Shown here: one piece after another, positions 18,013 through 26,521 of the stretch
How positions within the stretch are numbered: position 1 is the first letter of the stretch
Layout: each line of letters opens with the position of its first letter
Source of the DNA: an uncultured Actinomycetes bacterium
GTDB lineage: Bacteria > Actinomycetota > UBA4738 > HRBIN12
NCBI GenBank assembly: GCA_963704885.1
Contig: CAVPIB010000004.1
Location: 96,001 to 160,000, forward strand
Reading direction: 5' to 3'
Length of the DNA: 64,000 nt
Notes under the pieces: model-generated
The model's input: only the letters and a program-made list of their open reading frames with translations
Database searches by the model: none
Told to the model about the DNA's origin: nothing
Position numbers and translations under genes: made by a program

Positions 18013-18960
18013 ATGACAGGCAAGGTGCTATTGGCGTCGCCTCGTGGATACTGCGCCGGCGTCGATCGAGCTGTGGACGCCGTGGAGCGGGCGCTCGCCA
18101 AACACGGCGCACCCGTATACGTGCGCAAGCAGATAGTCCACAACCTGCACGTCGTCCGAGATCTGGAGTCCAAGGGCGCCGTGTTCGTTGAGGAGGAGAC
18201 CGAGGTTCCCCCGGGTGCGGTGGTCGTTCTCTCCGCCCACGGCGTGGCGCCGGAGGTCTACTCGAACTCGAGGGTTCGAGACCTCGAGGTGATCGACGCC
18301 ACGTGCCCGCTCGTGACGAAGGTCCACGTGGAGGCGCGGCGGTTCGCGGCGGATGGTCGGACGATCGTGCTCATCGGACACGCCGGTCACGAGGAGGTCG
18401 TCGGCACCACCGGCCAGGCCCCCGACCGGACGATCTTGGTGCAGAGCCCGGCGGAGGCCCGGACGGTGGAGATCCCGGACCCCGGGGACCTCTCCTACCT
18501 GACCCAGACCACGCTTTCGGTCGACGAGACCAACGAGATCCTGCAGATCCTGCGCGACCGGTTCCCGGGCATCGAAGGTCCTCCTCGTGAGGACATCTGC
18601 TACGCGACCCAGAACCGCCAGGATGCCGTGAAGGCGATCGCGCCACGGGTTGACGTGCTCCTGGTGATCGGCTCCAAGAACTCCTCGAACTCCAACCGCC
18701 TGGCGGAAGTCTCCCGCGAAAGAGGAACGCCCGCCCACCTGGTGGATGACGAGACGGACGTCGACCCTATGTGGCTGGTGGATGCCGTCACCGTCGGTCT
18801 CACCTCGGGGGCGTCCGCACCGGAGTGGTTGATCGACCGGATGCTCGATTGGCTGGCCACGCACGGGTTCGCCGACGTGGAGGTGGTGACGCTCGCGGAG
18901 GAATCCGTTCGGTTCTCGTTGCCGGCGGGCGTGCGAGAGGTGCCGCTGCCCGGCGCCTAG
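18013..18960 (+). CDS. ispH: 4-hydroxy-3-methylbut-2-enyl diphosphate reductase
   Basis: PRGYCAGVDRA, IVHN, SAHG, DATCPLV, QTT, ICYATQNRQ, SSNS, GASAP. Confidence 0.96.
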   Translation: MTGKVLLASPRGYCAGVDRAVDAVERALAKHGAPVYVRKQIVHNLHVVRDLESKGAVFVEEETEVPPGAVVVLSAHGVAPEVYSNSRVRDLEVIDATCPLVTKVHVEARRFAADGRTIVLIGHAGHEEVVGTTGQAPDRTILVQSPAEARTVEIPDPGDLSYLTQTTLSVDETNEILQILRDRFPGIEGPPREDICYATQNRQDAVKAIAPRVDVLLVIGSKNSSNSNRLAEVSRERGTPAHLVDDETDVDPMWLVDAVTVGLTSGASAPEWLIDRMLDWLATHGFADVEVVTLAEESVRFSLPAGVREVPLPGA

Positions 18961-18962
18961 CC

Positions 18963-19514
18963 CTAGCTCCAGGCGCTGAACTGATCGCGGTCCTCGTCGG
19001 GTTCCTCGTACAGGATCGACACCAGCGTCTTCGTGGAACGAACACCGGGGAGCGAGTGGATCTGTTCGAGTATCACGCCGCTCGCGATCTCCCAGGGCTG
19101 CACGACGCAGGCCATCAGGTCCCATTCGCCACCCAGCACCGCCACGCCGGCCACATCGGGCATCTCCGAGATCCGCTCGACGAGGCCGGCCGCCGCGCCC
19201 GGATCGATCTGCATGTGTACGTAGCTCGCGCCACCCACGATGGCGGGGGCCTCTAACGTGCCGAACCCGGCGATCCCCACCCGGTCCGCTGGTACGGCCG
19301 GAGCCGTGAGCGTGCGGGTCACGCCTTCGACGCTGTGGATCTGCGTCAAGACCGTCGTGGCGATCTGTTCCAGGTCTGTGCCCTCCACCTGGATCAGGAC
19401 GTCGTAGTCGCCGATCACCGCGATCGAGCGGCGGAGCCCCGCCCGCCCGGCGAGCTGGGTGAGGACCGAGCCGACCTTGCCGGGCTCGACCTGTAGGTAC
19501 ACGTAAGCGTCCAT
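18963..19514 (-). CDS. Tandem Lrp/AsnC ligand-binding (RAM) domain protein without HTH
   Basis: Two repeats: AYVYLQVEPG..GDYDVL..I..VEGV..T.T and SYVHMQIDPG..GEWDLM..I..LPGV..T.T. Confidence 0.8.
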   Translation of the reverse strand: MDAYVYLQVEPGKVGSVLTQLAGRAGLRRSIAVIGDYDVLIQVEGTDLEQIATTVLTQIHSVEGVTRTLTAPAVPADRVGIAGFGTLEAPAIVGGASYVHMQIDPGAAAGLVERISEMPDVAGVAVLGGEWDLMACVVQPWEIASGVILEQIHSLPGVRSTKTLVSILYEEPDEDRDQFSAWS

Positions 19515-19516
19515 GC

Positions 19517-20713
19517 TCAGCCCTCCACCAGGGCGGATCTGTTGGCCCCGCAGAGCTCGAGGAGCTCATCCTCGCCGTCCTCGGGACCCACGGAGATCAG
19601 CCGGTCCCCGGCGCGGAGCTCGAATCGCGCCCGGGGGCGGTACGTCCAGCGAGGACCCCGCTGGACCGCCAGCACGAACATGCCTGTCTCGGTCTCCACC
19701 CGGAGGTCGCGGAGCGAGTGACCGTCTGCGCGGGAGCCCCCCTCCACGACGGTCTCCGCGAACGTCTCCTCGGTCTCCTCCAAGGCCATCTGCACGACGG
19801 GATGCAGTGGTTCGCCGTGCTCCACGTACCACGTCATGTCGCGCGCGGAATCGCACATGTACTCGCTCGCGCTGGCGAGGCGGAGCAGGCCGCGTAGCTC
19901 GTCGGGGTTGCGAGCCTCTGGTGCCGCTCGGAGAACCCACGACTCGAGCTCGTCGTGCAATATGTCGCTGCGAGCCTCGAGCGCGCCGACCTCCGCCGCC
20001 AGCGATCGATTGTTGAACAGCAGTGACGAGTAGGCGAGCCCGACCGCCGCTTCGGCCAGGTCCTTCATCTCCACCAGGATGTCGACGGCGCGATCGAGCT
20101 CAGATAACGCCGGGACGTCATCACCTTCCATCTCAGGCAGGGGAGGGGCCGCGGCCATCGCCCGAACCAGGTTCACGCCCTCCTCAGGCCCGCGGATCAG
20201 CAGCACGTCCTGCTCGGAGACGACGTCGTGGGGTCCGGGGTCGAACCGCCAGTCCATGCCGCTGCGGATCGCAACTACCCACATGCCGGTCGCGGTAGGT
20301 AGCGAGAGATCCCGCAGCGTTTGGCCGGCCGCGACCGCGTCCGGGCGGATCTTCACGCGGGCCGTCATCTCGTCGGCGTGGCGGAGGTCGTAACGCAGAG
20401 CGTCGGGGATGCCCAGCCTGGCGGCCACCACCCGCGCGATATCGGACGCGGCATCGCCTATCCGCTCGATCGCATCGGCGATCCACAACACCCCAGCCAT
20501 GCCCTCCGCGTCCTCAGGACTACGGGCTGCGAGCATGGCCATGGTGCGCAGTCGCCGCAGGTAGAACGTCATGCGCTCGTCCAGCCGTCCGACCTCGCGA
20601 GCCAGCTTCTCCTCGTTGAAGAAGACGGCCGCGTAGGCCAAGTCGACCATGAGCTCGGAAGCGTCCTTCAGCTCGACGAGCAGCTCTTTGACGGTCTTCG
20701 GTTCGTCATCCAT
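19517..20713 (-). CDS. Duplicated PhoU-like + TrkA-C (RCK-C) domain protein
   Basis: Two repeats: ELKDASELMVDLAY / EMKDLAEAAVGLAY helical domains, each followed by 'G.TL.DL.....GM.V.A.......P.......D.L...G'. Start moved to 20713. Confidence 0.8.
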   Translation of the reverse strand: MDDEPKTVKELLVELKDASELMVDLAYAAVFFNEEKLAREVGRLDERMTFYLRRLRTMAMLAARSPEDAEGMAGVLWIADAIERIGDAASDIARVVAARLGIPDALRYDLRHADEMTARVKIRPDAVAAGQTLRDLSLPTATGMWVVAIRSGMDWRFDPGPHDVVSEQDVLLIRGPEEGVNLVRAMAAAPPLPEMEGDDVPALSELDRAVDILVEMKDLAEAAVGLAYSSLLFNNRSLAAEVGALEARSDILHDELESWVLRAAPEARNPDELRGLLRLASASEYMCDSARDMTWYVEHGEPLHPVVQMALEETEETFAETVVEGGSRADGHSLRDLRVETETGMFVLAVQRGPRWTYRPRARFELRAGDRLISVGPEDGEDELLELCGANRSALVEG

Positions 20714-21941
20714 ACGGCAGCACTCCCGATACTGACATAACGAACAGGACGCAGGCGACCCCCGCCAGATCCATGACGCTCGTGATGATGGGAACGGTGT
20801 GGTTGTCGGGGTCAAGGCCGAACCGGTACGTGACGATCGCCAGGTAGTAGCTGGTGACGATCGTGAACGGCGTGACGATCATCCCGGCGACGAGCGAACC
20901 CGCGATCACAGCCCCCGGCGAGATGGGGGCATGGCCCGTGAGCGTGGCCAGTCCGACCGCGATCGTGCCGATCAGCGAGAACACCGCCACCGCCAGGATG
21001 AAGACGACGGTGCCGTCCACGAGCGCCGGTGCCTCCGGCAACCCGCGCGGTGTGATGACCCCGATCTGGAGCTTGGAGCTGATACGCGAGGCGAAGATCC
21101 CGCCGAGCGCCCCCGCTTGCGAGACGAATGGGGGGATCAAGATCAACAGGACCGGGACCGCCGTGAGCTCCGTGAGGCGGTTCTCCTGGAGGGTTCCAGC
21201 CAAGACATCGAGGATGGGCGTCAGCAGGATCACGGCGGTCATCTCGAGCACGATGCGGTGCACGGCCGAGGAGTCCACGGTGTACGCGCGGACGATCGCG
21301 TATAGCCCGGCCAGAACGCACAGGCCCGATACCACCGCGTTCATCGTGTCGTTGCCGACCAGGAACGTTGCCAGATACAGAGTGGGCAGCGTGGCCATGT
21401 CGCCCAGAGCGGTGACCATGGGCGTCGACACGGAATCCAGGTCCCACCCCCGTCGGTGCGAGAGCACCGACAGGGCCACGGTGATCAGGAGGATCAGCAA
21501 CGAGCCGAGCGCTCCACCCACGACGGAGATCGTGATCAGGCTCCACACGGAGATCGTCGGCGCGCCGAACGCCGACCCGGCCAGCTTCGCAACAACGGCG
21601 AGCCAGAGCGACGACGCGAACGTGGTCACCACGGCGACGTAGACATTCTGGTACAGGACGCCGCCGCGACGGCGCGTCACCTCGAACGTCCCGGCGGCGT
21701 TCGAGGTGCCCAGCCGAGCACCGATCGCGCCGAAGATCGTGCCGCGCATGCCGACGGCGGCTGGGATCAGGACCAACAGGCCGGGGAGAGATCGGAGCGT
21801 GTCGCTGATGCCTGAGAGCGTCAGCCCTGCGATGAAGCCCGCGACCGTGCTGAGGATGAGCGCGACCATGCCCTGCCGGAGCGTCCGACGCTCCGCTCGC
21901 AGGGACCGGAAGACACGCTTGGCGCGGCGAGGCATCGCCAT
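20706..21941 (-). CDS. MgtE-membrane-domain divalent cation transporter (internally duplicated, no cytosolic CBS domains)
   Basis: LIPA..GMRG / LIPP....AG and WDLD...P.VT..GD / GLDPDN...PIITS..D repeats. Confidence 0.82.
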   Translation of the reverse strand: MAMPRRAKRVFRSLRAERRTLRQGMVALILSTVAGFIAGLTLSGISDTLRSLPGLLVLIPAAVGMRGTIFGAIGARLGTSNAAGTFEVTRRRGGVLYQNVYVAVVTTFASSLWLAVVAKLAGSAFGAPTISVWSLITISVVGGALGSLLILLITVALSVLSHRRGWDLDSVSTPMVTALGDMATLPTLYLATFLVGNDTMNAVVSGLCVLAGLYAIVRAYTVDSSAVHRIVLEMTAVILLTPILDVLAGTLQENRLTELTAVPVLLILIPPFVSQAGALGGIFASRISSKLQIGVITPRGLPEAPALVDGTVVFILAVAVFSLIGTIAVGLATLTGHAPISPGAVIAGSLVAGMIVTPFTIVTSYYLAIVTYRFGLDPDNHTVPIITSVMDLAGVACVLFVMSVSGVLPYG

Positions 21942-22040
21942 AACGGCACGCTCACGGTTCGCATCCTTCTTCGATCAGGGGCAAGGACCCGATGGGTCCG
22001 AAGGGAGTATGGCCTGCGATGGAGGCCGGAACAACCTCAC

Positions 22041-22958
22041 TCAGACGACCCAGTCTCTGGTCACGAACAACCAGAACGCGAGTCCCGCGTGCTCGCCGTA
22101 CCGGCGGAACCGGCGCTCGATCTGCCGATCCGGGACGCTCTTCCTCCCCACCAGGCGCGCGTACGTTGGGCGCGTCCACGAATCGAGGATCAATCGTGAG
22201 TTGCGGCCGATGGTCATCATGATGTGCGCCGCCGCGTAGGGACCGACGCCGGAGAGCGCCAAGAGCCGTTGCTCGAGATCTGCGTCGGGGAGCTCCTGGG
22301 CAGTGGATCGTGCGAGCGCCTCGAGGTCGAGCTCACCGCTCGCCACCGACCGCGCCAGGGCGATCAGGTAGGCGCCGCGATAGCCGGCGCGAACGACCTC
22401 CCGGTAGAACGCTTCGGGGGTCGATGCCATCGCCTCGGCCGTCGGGAACGCGTTGGTCCTCGGGCCGTCGCCACCTACGGCAGGATCCCCGAGGTGCTCG
22501 ACGAGGGCGTTCACCATCCGTACGGTTCCGCTCCACGCGCAGTTGGTCGTGCAGATGGTCTTCACCACGTCCTCGAACACCGTCGGGCTCTGGAGCATCC
22601 GCCCGGCGCCCGTCGCCGCCCATGCCAGCTCGGGATCGTCGCCGAGCGCCGCATAGAACCCCGCGAGATCGTGATCGAGTCGGAGCACGTGACGCACTCC
22701 CGCCAGGACGTCATCGCGCACACGGGCGCCCGCGACCGGTCCGAAGATCTCGATCGAGGCCTTCCCTCGCCGACCTTCGGCGATCCGGACGCGCCGGGGG
22801 CGACCTCCCCGAACCCGGAGCGTGACGTCCAACGTCCGGGCTTGCTCGTCGAGTCGCGTGGGCGCTAATTCGGCGAACCCGTGGGAATCCATGGTTCTCC
22901 AGAGGTCCACGGGTTCATCCCCGGGGCCTACGAGAGGAAGGGCCAGCCGAGTCGTCAT
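22041..22958 (-). CDS. HhH-GPD DNA glycosylase family protein (AlkA/Ogg-like)
   Basis: FEDVVKTICTTN, FPT, GYRG.Y, LLALSGVGPYAA helix-hairpin-helix, ILDSW. Confidence 0.82.
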   Translation of the reverse strand: MTTRLALPLVGPGDEPVDLWRTMDSHGFAELAPTRLDEQARTLDVTLRVRGGRPRRVRIAEGRRGKASIEIFGPVAGARVRDDVLAGVRHVLRLDHDLAGFYAALGDDPELAWAATGAGRMLQSPTVFEDVVKTICTTNCAWSGTVRMVNALVEHLGDPAVGGDGPRTNAFPTAEAMASTPEAFYREVVRAGYRGAYLIALARSVASGELDLEALARSTAQELPDADLEQRLLALSGVGPYAAAHIMMTIGRNSRLILDSWTRPTYARLVGRKSVPDRQIERRFRRYGEHAGLAFWLFVTRDWVV

Positions 22959-23050
22959 CCCCGCGTGGGTGCAGCCGCGATAGCGTCGTGTCTGTCCATG
23001 GCAGGCATCGTAGTCGGGGAGGTTCCCGGTCCACTCCGTAGACTCCCCAC

Positions 23051-23308
23051 GTGATCGAGCTGACGGACGCCGCGTGGACGCTGATGCGGGTCGCTTCTAC
23101 GGCCGCGCGCCGGTTCGTGCCGGACGCAGGGATCCGGATCGCCGCGGTGGAGGAGGTAGTGAGGTTCGGATTGGCGGATGCCCCGCTCGCCGGAGATCTG
23201 GTCTTGGAGCGGGATGACATCAGGTTGTTCGTGGCTTCGGACCTGGATGGGGTCGTCGACGTGGTCGAGCCTCATGGAACCCTCGTGCTCCGCCCCGCCT
23301 TGATGTAG
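23051..23308 (+). CDS. HesB-like small protein lacking Cys
   Basis: MIELTDAA...GIRI...GD.V......LFV pattern; leaderless start after TAGACT. Confidence 0.55.
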   Translation: MIELTDAAWTLMRVASTAARRFVPDAGIRIAAVEEVVRFGLADAPLAGDLVLERDDIRLFVASDLDGVVDVVEPHGTLVLRPALM

Positions 23309-23346
23309 GGCGAGGACGGGACCTAGCGGCTAGCTCAGAGGTTCTG

Positions 23347-24606
23347 TCAGGCGCCAGCTCGCGCGATCTCCTCGAGCGCGACGAGGACCCGATCGACATC
23401 TTCGATCGAGTGGTAGTGGCAGAACCCGATCCGAACGGCGCCGCCGGTGTCGAGCAATCCGAGGCGCTCCATGATGGTTATCGCGTAGTAATGACCGTCC
23501 CACACGTATATGCCTCGCCTCGCGAGCTCCGACGCGGTCTTCAACGGATCCTCATCACCCAGCCGGATCGCGAACGTAGGTGTTCGCTCGGCGAGTCGCG
23601 CCTGATCCGAAACCCCCCACAGCCGCAGCCCAGGCACGTCGGTGATCCCCTCCAGGAACCGGGCCGACAGGTTGCGCTCGTGGCCGCCGATCGCGTCGAA
23701 CCCCGCGACGATCTCTTCGCGCCTGTCGTCGCCGGCGGGAGCGCCGAACGTCCTGCCCAGCTCGGCCAGGTAGTCCACTGCGGCGGTCATGCCCGCTAGC
23801 CCCTCGTGGTTCTGGGTGCCGGTCTCCCATCGCTCCGGCGCCTCGTCTGGGGCCGGGCGAAGCTTGTACGGCATCCACGTCTCGAGCAGTTCCCGGCGGA
23901 CGGCGAGCACGCCCAGATGCGGCCCGAAGAACTTGTACGGCGAGCATGCGAGGATGTCGGCCCCGAGCCCGTGCAGGTCGAGGGCCCGATGCTGCGCCAT
24001 GTGCACGCCGTCGACGGCCGCCAACGCGCCGGCGTCGTGAACACGCCGGACCAGGTCTGCGGCCGGCGGGATCGTCCCAACGGCGTTCGACGCCAAGGTG
24101 AACGCGACCAGCCGGGTGCGCTCCGAGAGCGCAGCATCGAACGAGACCAGGTCGATCGTCACGTCGTCATCCAGGATGTCGACCCATCGCACGGTCGCGC
24201 CGGCGTCCTCAGCCGCAAGGATCCACGGGCGCACGTTCGCGTCGTGATCGAGCTTGGTGACGACGACCTCGTCTCCCGGCCCCAGGGTCTTCGCGAACGA
24301 ACGAGAGAGATGCAGCAGCAAGGTGGTGGCGTTCGGTCCGAACACGATCTCGCCCGGATCCGCGCCGGTGAGGTCGGCGGCGGCGGCCCGAGCAGATGCG
24401 ATCAGTTCGTCCGTCTCCTCGCTCGCGGGGAACGCTCCGTGCGTGTTCGAGATGCCGCTGCGGAGATGTTCGGCCATCGCATCGATGACGGTGTCCGGAA
24501 CCTGGGACCCGCCCGGTGCGTCCGCGTAGACCACCGGGCGTCCATCGTCGCCGGCTCGTGCGAGGGCAGGGAACCGGGCGCGGATGCGACCGACGTCGAG
24601 AGTCAT
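23347..24606 (-). CDS. Cysteine desulfurase-like class V PLP enzyme
   Basis: DAPGGSQVP, LDHDANVRPW, ASNAVG, CSPYKFFGPH, ETGT. Start moved to 24606. Confidence 0.9.
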   Translation of the reverse strand: MTLDVGRIRARFPALARAGDDGRPVVYADAPGGSQVPDTVIDAMAEHLRSGISNTHGAFPASEETDELIASARAAAADLTGADPGEIVFGPNATTLLLHLSRSFAKTLGPGDEVVVTKLDHDANVRPWILAAEDAGATVRWVDILDDDVTIDLVSFDAALSERTRLVAFTLASNAVGTIPPAADLVRRVHDAGALAAVDGVHMAQHRALDLHGLGADILACSPYKFFGPHLGVLAVRRELLETWMPYKLRPAPDEAPERWETGTQNHEGLAGMTAAVDYLAELGRTFGAPAGDDRREEIVAGFDAIGGHERNLSARFLEGITDVPGLRLWGVSDQARLAERTPTFAIRLGDEDPLKTASELARRGIYVWDGHYYAITIMERLGLLDTGGAVRIGFCHYHSIEDVDRVLVALEEIARAGA

Positions 24607-24622
24607 CTCGATGCGATCCGGC

Positions 24623-25480
24623 CTACGCGTTCGCGGACAGCTCTGATCGGAGCGTGTCCGCGGAGAGCGCCTCGCTCCTGGCACGCAGATCCAGATAGAG
24701 CAGCACCGAGACCAGCGCGGAGAACGGCGCCGTGATGACCGTCGCGATCGCGGTGAAGATCCAGCGGACGATCCAAGCACTCCCGCCGATCGACCCGATC
24801 ACACTGCCGATGACGCCCGTGATCAAGCCGGCGACGACGATCACACCCACCGCGTGCCAGAAGTGCCCCTTGACCAGGTTCCACGATCGACTCATGGCGT
24901 CGGTCCCGCGTCGGTTCTCCACCACCAGAGCGGGGATGGAAACGCTCAGGAACACCGCGAAGATGAGCCCGGGGATGATCAGCAGGATCAGGCCCCCCAG
25001 GACCGCTAGGCCGACCAGTAGCGAGACCAGGATCACGCTCCCGAGGCGCTTGAAGCCGTACCTGTAGCTCGCCTCGGTATCGACGGGATCGCCGATCGTG
25101 GCCTGCGCGGCCGCCCTCAGGATGGCGGCCTCCAGGACCGCCCAGATGATCACCGAGATCGCGGCTCCGATCGCGGCTACCAGCAAGAACATGAAGATGC
25201 CGCGCGAGTCCACGACGTCGGCAGGCTCGCCCAGGACCACGATCCGAGTCGTCCCGGGCGCGAAGACGACGCTCGACAGCAGTGCGCTGACGAACGACAG
25301 CGGCACGACCACGACCGCCACGATGACGGCGAGCTTGGCGATGTTCGCCTTATACATGTTGAAGGCCGCCGAGAGGATCTCGCCGAGCGTCTTCGGCGGG
25401 ATGCCGCCCTGCTGACCGCCCATCATCGGTGGGGGAGGAGGCGGTGGTGGGGGCGTCGGGCCGCCGGGGATGTCGCTCAT
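24623..25480 (-). CDS. Integral membrane protein with Pro-rich N-terminus
   Basis: LGEILSAAF, LLIIPG, AMSRSW.LVKG.FW, LLY.DLR.R.E; RBS AAGGAG. Confidence 0.75.
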   Translation of the reverse strand: MSDIPGGPTPPPPPPPPPMMGGQQGGIPPKTLGEILSAAFNMYKANIAKLAVIVAVVVVPLSFVSALLSSVVFAPGTTRIVVLGEPADVVDSRGIFMFLLVAAIGAAISVIIWAVLEAAILRAAAQATIGDPVDTEASYRYGFKRLGSVILVSLLVGLAVLGGLILLIIPGLIFAVFLSVSIPALVVENRRGTDAMSRSWNLVKGHFWHAVGVIVVAGLITGVIGSVIGSIGGSAWIVRWIFTAIATVITAPFSALVSVLLYLDLRARSEALSADTLRSELSANA

Positions 25481-25521
25481 GGATGGCTCCTTAGGGATGA
25501 CTGGAACCGCAGCCTAATCGC

Positions 25522-26124
25522 TCAGACGACGTCCCACCCTGGTGGGAGCTCGGGCGCGGACCACGATGTATCGGGGCGCCAGTCCTCCCAGGGCTCGTCG
25601 AACGGCGGCAGCCGCAGTAGCACGTGCTCGATCGCGCGTTCCCCCCAGTAGCGGAGAGCGACGGCCTCGTCCTCGGTGAACAGGCCGACTGCGATGCCTT
25701 CGGCCAGCTCTTCCTCGTCCTTCCACGTCCACGACGACCGATCCATCGGGATCAGGACGTCGAGCAGGTGGTCGACGGTGTCGAACCCGATCGACGTGCG
25801 CGCAAGCGGCGCCTGCATGTTCACGTACCACCCACGCGGCGACCCGTCGGGCTCCATGAGCAGCAGGACCGAGTAAGGAGTGTCGGGCCACGCGAACGAC
25901 AGCACGCCGAAGTCCCCGCGTTCGCGGACGTACAGGTGCCACGGCCGGTCGGGGAAGCGGAGCTCAATGCCCGCGTCGTCGATCGCAACGCCGCAGCGGA
26001 CGAACGGCGCGACGAATAGCGTCGTCTGTTCCGGCAGATCCGCGACGACGGATGCTGGCCGGGCCTCGAAGACCTGCCCGTTCCAGAGCTCGCGGATCGC
26101 TACCACGTCGCCCGGGGACCACAT
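25522..26124 (-). CDS. DUF402 (FomD-like) protein
   Basis: WYVN...P, DT.D..LDV, WKDEEE. Leaderless start at 26124 after TACGGT. Confidence 0.82.
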   Translation of the reverse strand: MWSPGDVVAIRELWNGQVFEARPASVVADLPEQTTLFVAPFVRCGVAIDDAGIELRFPDRPWHLYVRERGDFGVLSFAWPDTPYSVLLLMEPDGSPRGWYVNMQAPLARTSIGFDTVDHLLDVLIPMDRSSWTWKDEEELAEGIAVGLFTEDEAVALRYWGERAIEHVLLRLPPFDEPWEDWRPDTSWSAPELPPGWDVV

Positions 26125-26157
26125 GGGCGGACCGTACCCCGGCCCCGAACGTCCGTC

Positions 26158-26187
26158 TTGACGGCTGTCGGAGGTCGGGAGTAGATT
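26158..26187 (+). promoter_or_regulatory. Promoter of the SOS mutagenesis operon
   Basis: TTGACG-N18-TAGATT. Confidence 0.7.
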
Positions 26188-26198
26188 CATCTTCCCTC

Positions 26199-26214
26199 TC
26201 GAACATACGTTCGA
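26199..26214. promoter_or_regulatory. LexA SOS box
   Basis: TCGAAC-ATAC-GTTCGA, a perfect actinobacterial consensus just downstream of the -10. Confidence 0.92.
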
Positions 26215-26235
26215 TTCCCGAGGGCGTCAGATGGG

Positions 26236-26490
26236 ATGGAACGGGTGTCGAAGCGCTACGACGAAGACGTCCAGGTGGAACGCGACGCCGGGATGCCCTC
26301 GATCTTCGTGTGGCGCGGCCGGCGCTACCAGGTCGTCGACGTGATCGGCCGATGGCGGATCGAGGGCCGGTGGTGGGCCGACGGCCGCGACCGCGAGTAC
26401 TGGCGCGTCGAGGCCAAGGGAGGCGCGGTATGGGACCTGTACCACGACCTCAAGCGCAACGCCTGGCATATGGAACGTCTCTGGGACTGA
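26236..26490 (+). CDS. DUF6504 family protein
   Basis: P..F.WRGRRY.V......W.....WW......YWRV......W..ERLWD pattern; precedes dnaE2. Confidence 0.8.
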   Translation: MERVSKRYDEDVQVERDAGMPSIFVWRGRRYQVVDVIGRWRIEGRWWADGRDREYWRVEAKGGAVWDLYHDLKRNAWHMERLWD

Positions 26491-26521
26491 ATGAGGACCA
26501 CTGTCATCAACCTCCCCCTCC

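Noticed and set aside
18028-19569. Long antisense or alternate-frame ORFs (also 28087-29835, 28106-29794, 34326-35840, 47242-48711, 57836-59530, 61893-63038)
   Set aside because: Shadow ORFs typical of high-GC coding DNA; they overlap well-supported genes and show no motifs.
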